Source: Utricularia gibba | Taxonomy: Eukaryota > Plantae > Magnoliophyta | Reading direction: 5' to 3' | DNA: 64,000 nucleotides | Assembly: GCA_002189035.1 (NCBI GenBank) | Contig: NEEC01000021.1 | Span: forward strand, 496,001-560,000 | Shown here: one piece after another, positions 63,131 to 64,000 of the stretch | Layout of the letters: each line of letters starts with the position of its first letter | How positions within the stretch are numbered: position 1 is the stretch's first letter | Notes under the pieces: model-generated | The model's input: only the letters and a program-made list of their open reading frames with translations | The model's database searches: none | Told to the model about the DNA's origin: nothing | Made by a program: the position numbers and the translations under genes

Positions 63131-64000
63131 TCAAGCGAGGTAGTTGTATATTTGTGGGTTGCTCTTGTCACGCTCCAAGTATTCCCTGTCAATGAGGCTC
63201 TCGATTCTTTTCTTGAGATCTGCTGGTTTGATGGGGAACTTAAGCTGCAGGCATCAACAGCAACAAGTGAATGCTTATCGAGGCATCTCTCAAATGGGAG
63301 CCCAGAATCATCATTTTTTATATGATACCTGCTGAAACAGTTCAGTGATCAATAGTGTGTGACTCAGAACCTTCCTCGTTTTCATGATTCTAACGATGGC
63401 AGCATCCACCTGTGTGGAATGCAGGATATGGAGTGTTAGCTTTTGTTGAAAAAGGCATGAGACAAGAGAGAGCATGGGGTGATCCAACCTGGTATTGTCG
63501 ATCCTGGAATACCCTTTCGGTGGTGCTTGTATTCTCCTCGACTGTTTCCTTCATTTGGATTGCATTCACCTGGTATGGAAACCGGACAAGCCATTTAATC
63601 ACATAAAATGTGTCAGTGTGTTCGTTTTTAGAGACAACACAGAGCACAGGTACCACCTTTATGCGATAAAGAGGTGCTGAGAATTGGTCGTTGAAGACAA
63701 AAGAGTCGCCATCCTCAACATCTCTGCCCTTGGGAATCTGCAAGGGTGGCGTTTGGTTAACTGTGTCATGTAGGAACTGAAGAATCCATTAGCATGTACT
63801 CACTTTCTGAAGAACTCGTGTTTTCCCACACGCAAGGGATTGCAACGTCCGCTTTAATTCTTTGTCCTCGATACCAGAAGACTCTTTAATATCTTGGTAA
63901 CTAAGATTTTCAGCATCGTTGAACAACATCAACACAACCGTCTATTAAAAGAATAAAAAGAGAGAGTAGCATTATGGTGCCGGCCAGGAAATGTAAACAG
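63131..64000 (-). CDS. CUL4: Cullin-4, 3' exons; 5' part lies outside the window
   Basis: [26 protein letters not shown]|[27 protein letters not shown]|[27 protein letters not shown]|[40 protein letters not shown] at 63131. Confidence 0.97.

Overview
Gene-dense plant (eudicot-like) nuclear DNA with short introns and very AT-rich intergenic blocks. I can support 19 intron-containing or single-exon protein-coding genes (two cut by the window edges), one GT47 glycosyltransferase pseudogene, one tRNA-Lys(UUU), and several decayed transposon pieces (Mutator-like, Ty3/gypsy-like, possibly LINE). Gene identities come from recognising translated motifs by eye, not from database searches. I see no multi-gene novel pathway or cluster: the genes are functionally unrelated housekeeping and developmental genes. 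The most interesting signals are at RNA level and mostly invisible in the ORF track: a 78-codon uORF with three in-frame poor-context AUGs in front of eIF5, a TAGCAG tandem acceptor inside the PTP1 catalytic loop, three GC-AG introns, a duplicated splice acceptor, an apparent frameshift in an otherwise intact gene, an 84-aa two-exon membrane protein, a ~400-bp fold-back element, and a triplicated ~105-bp unit in a 3' UTR.
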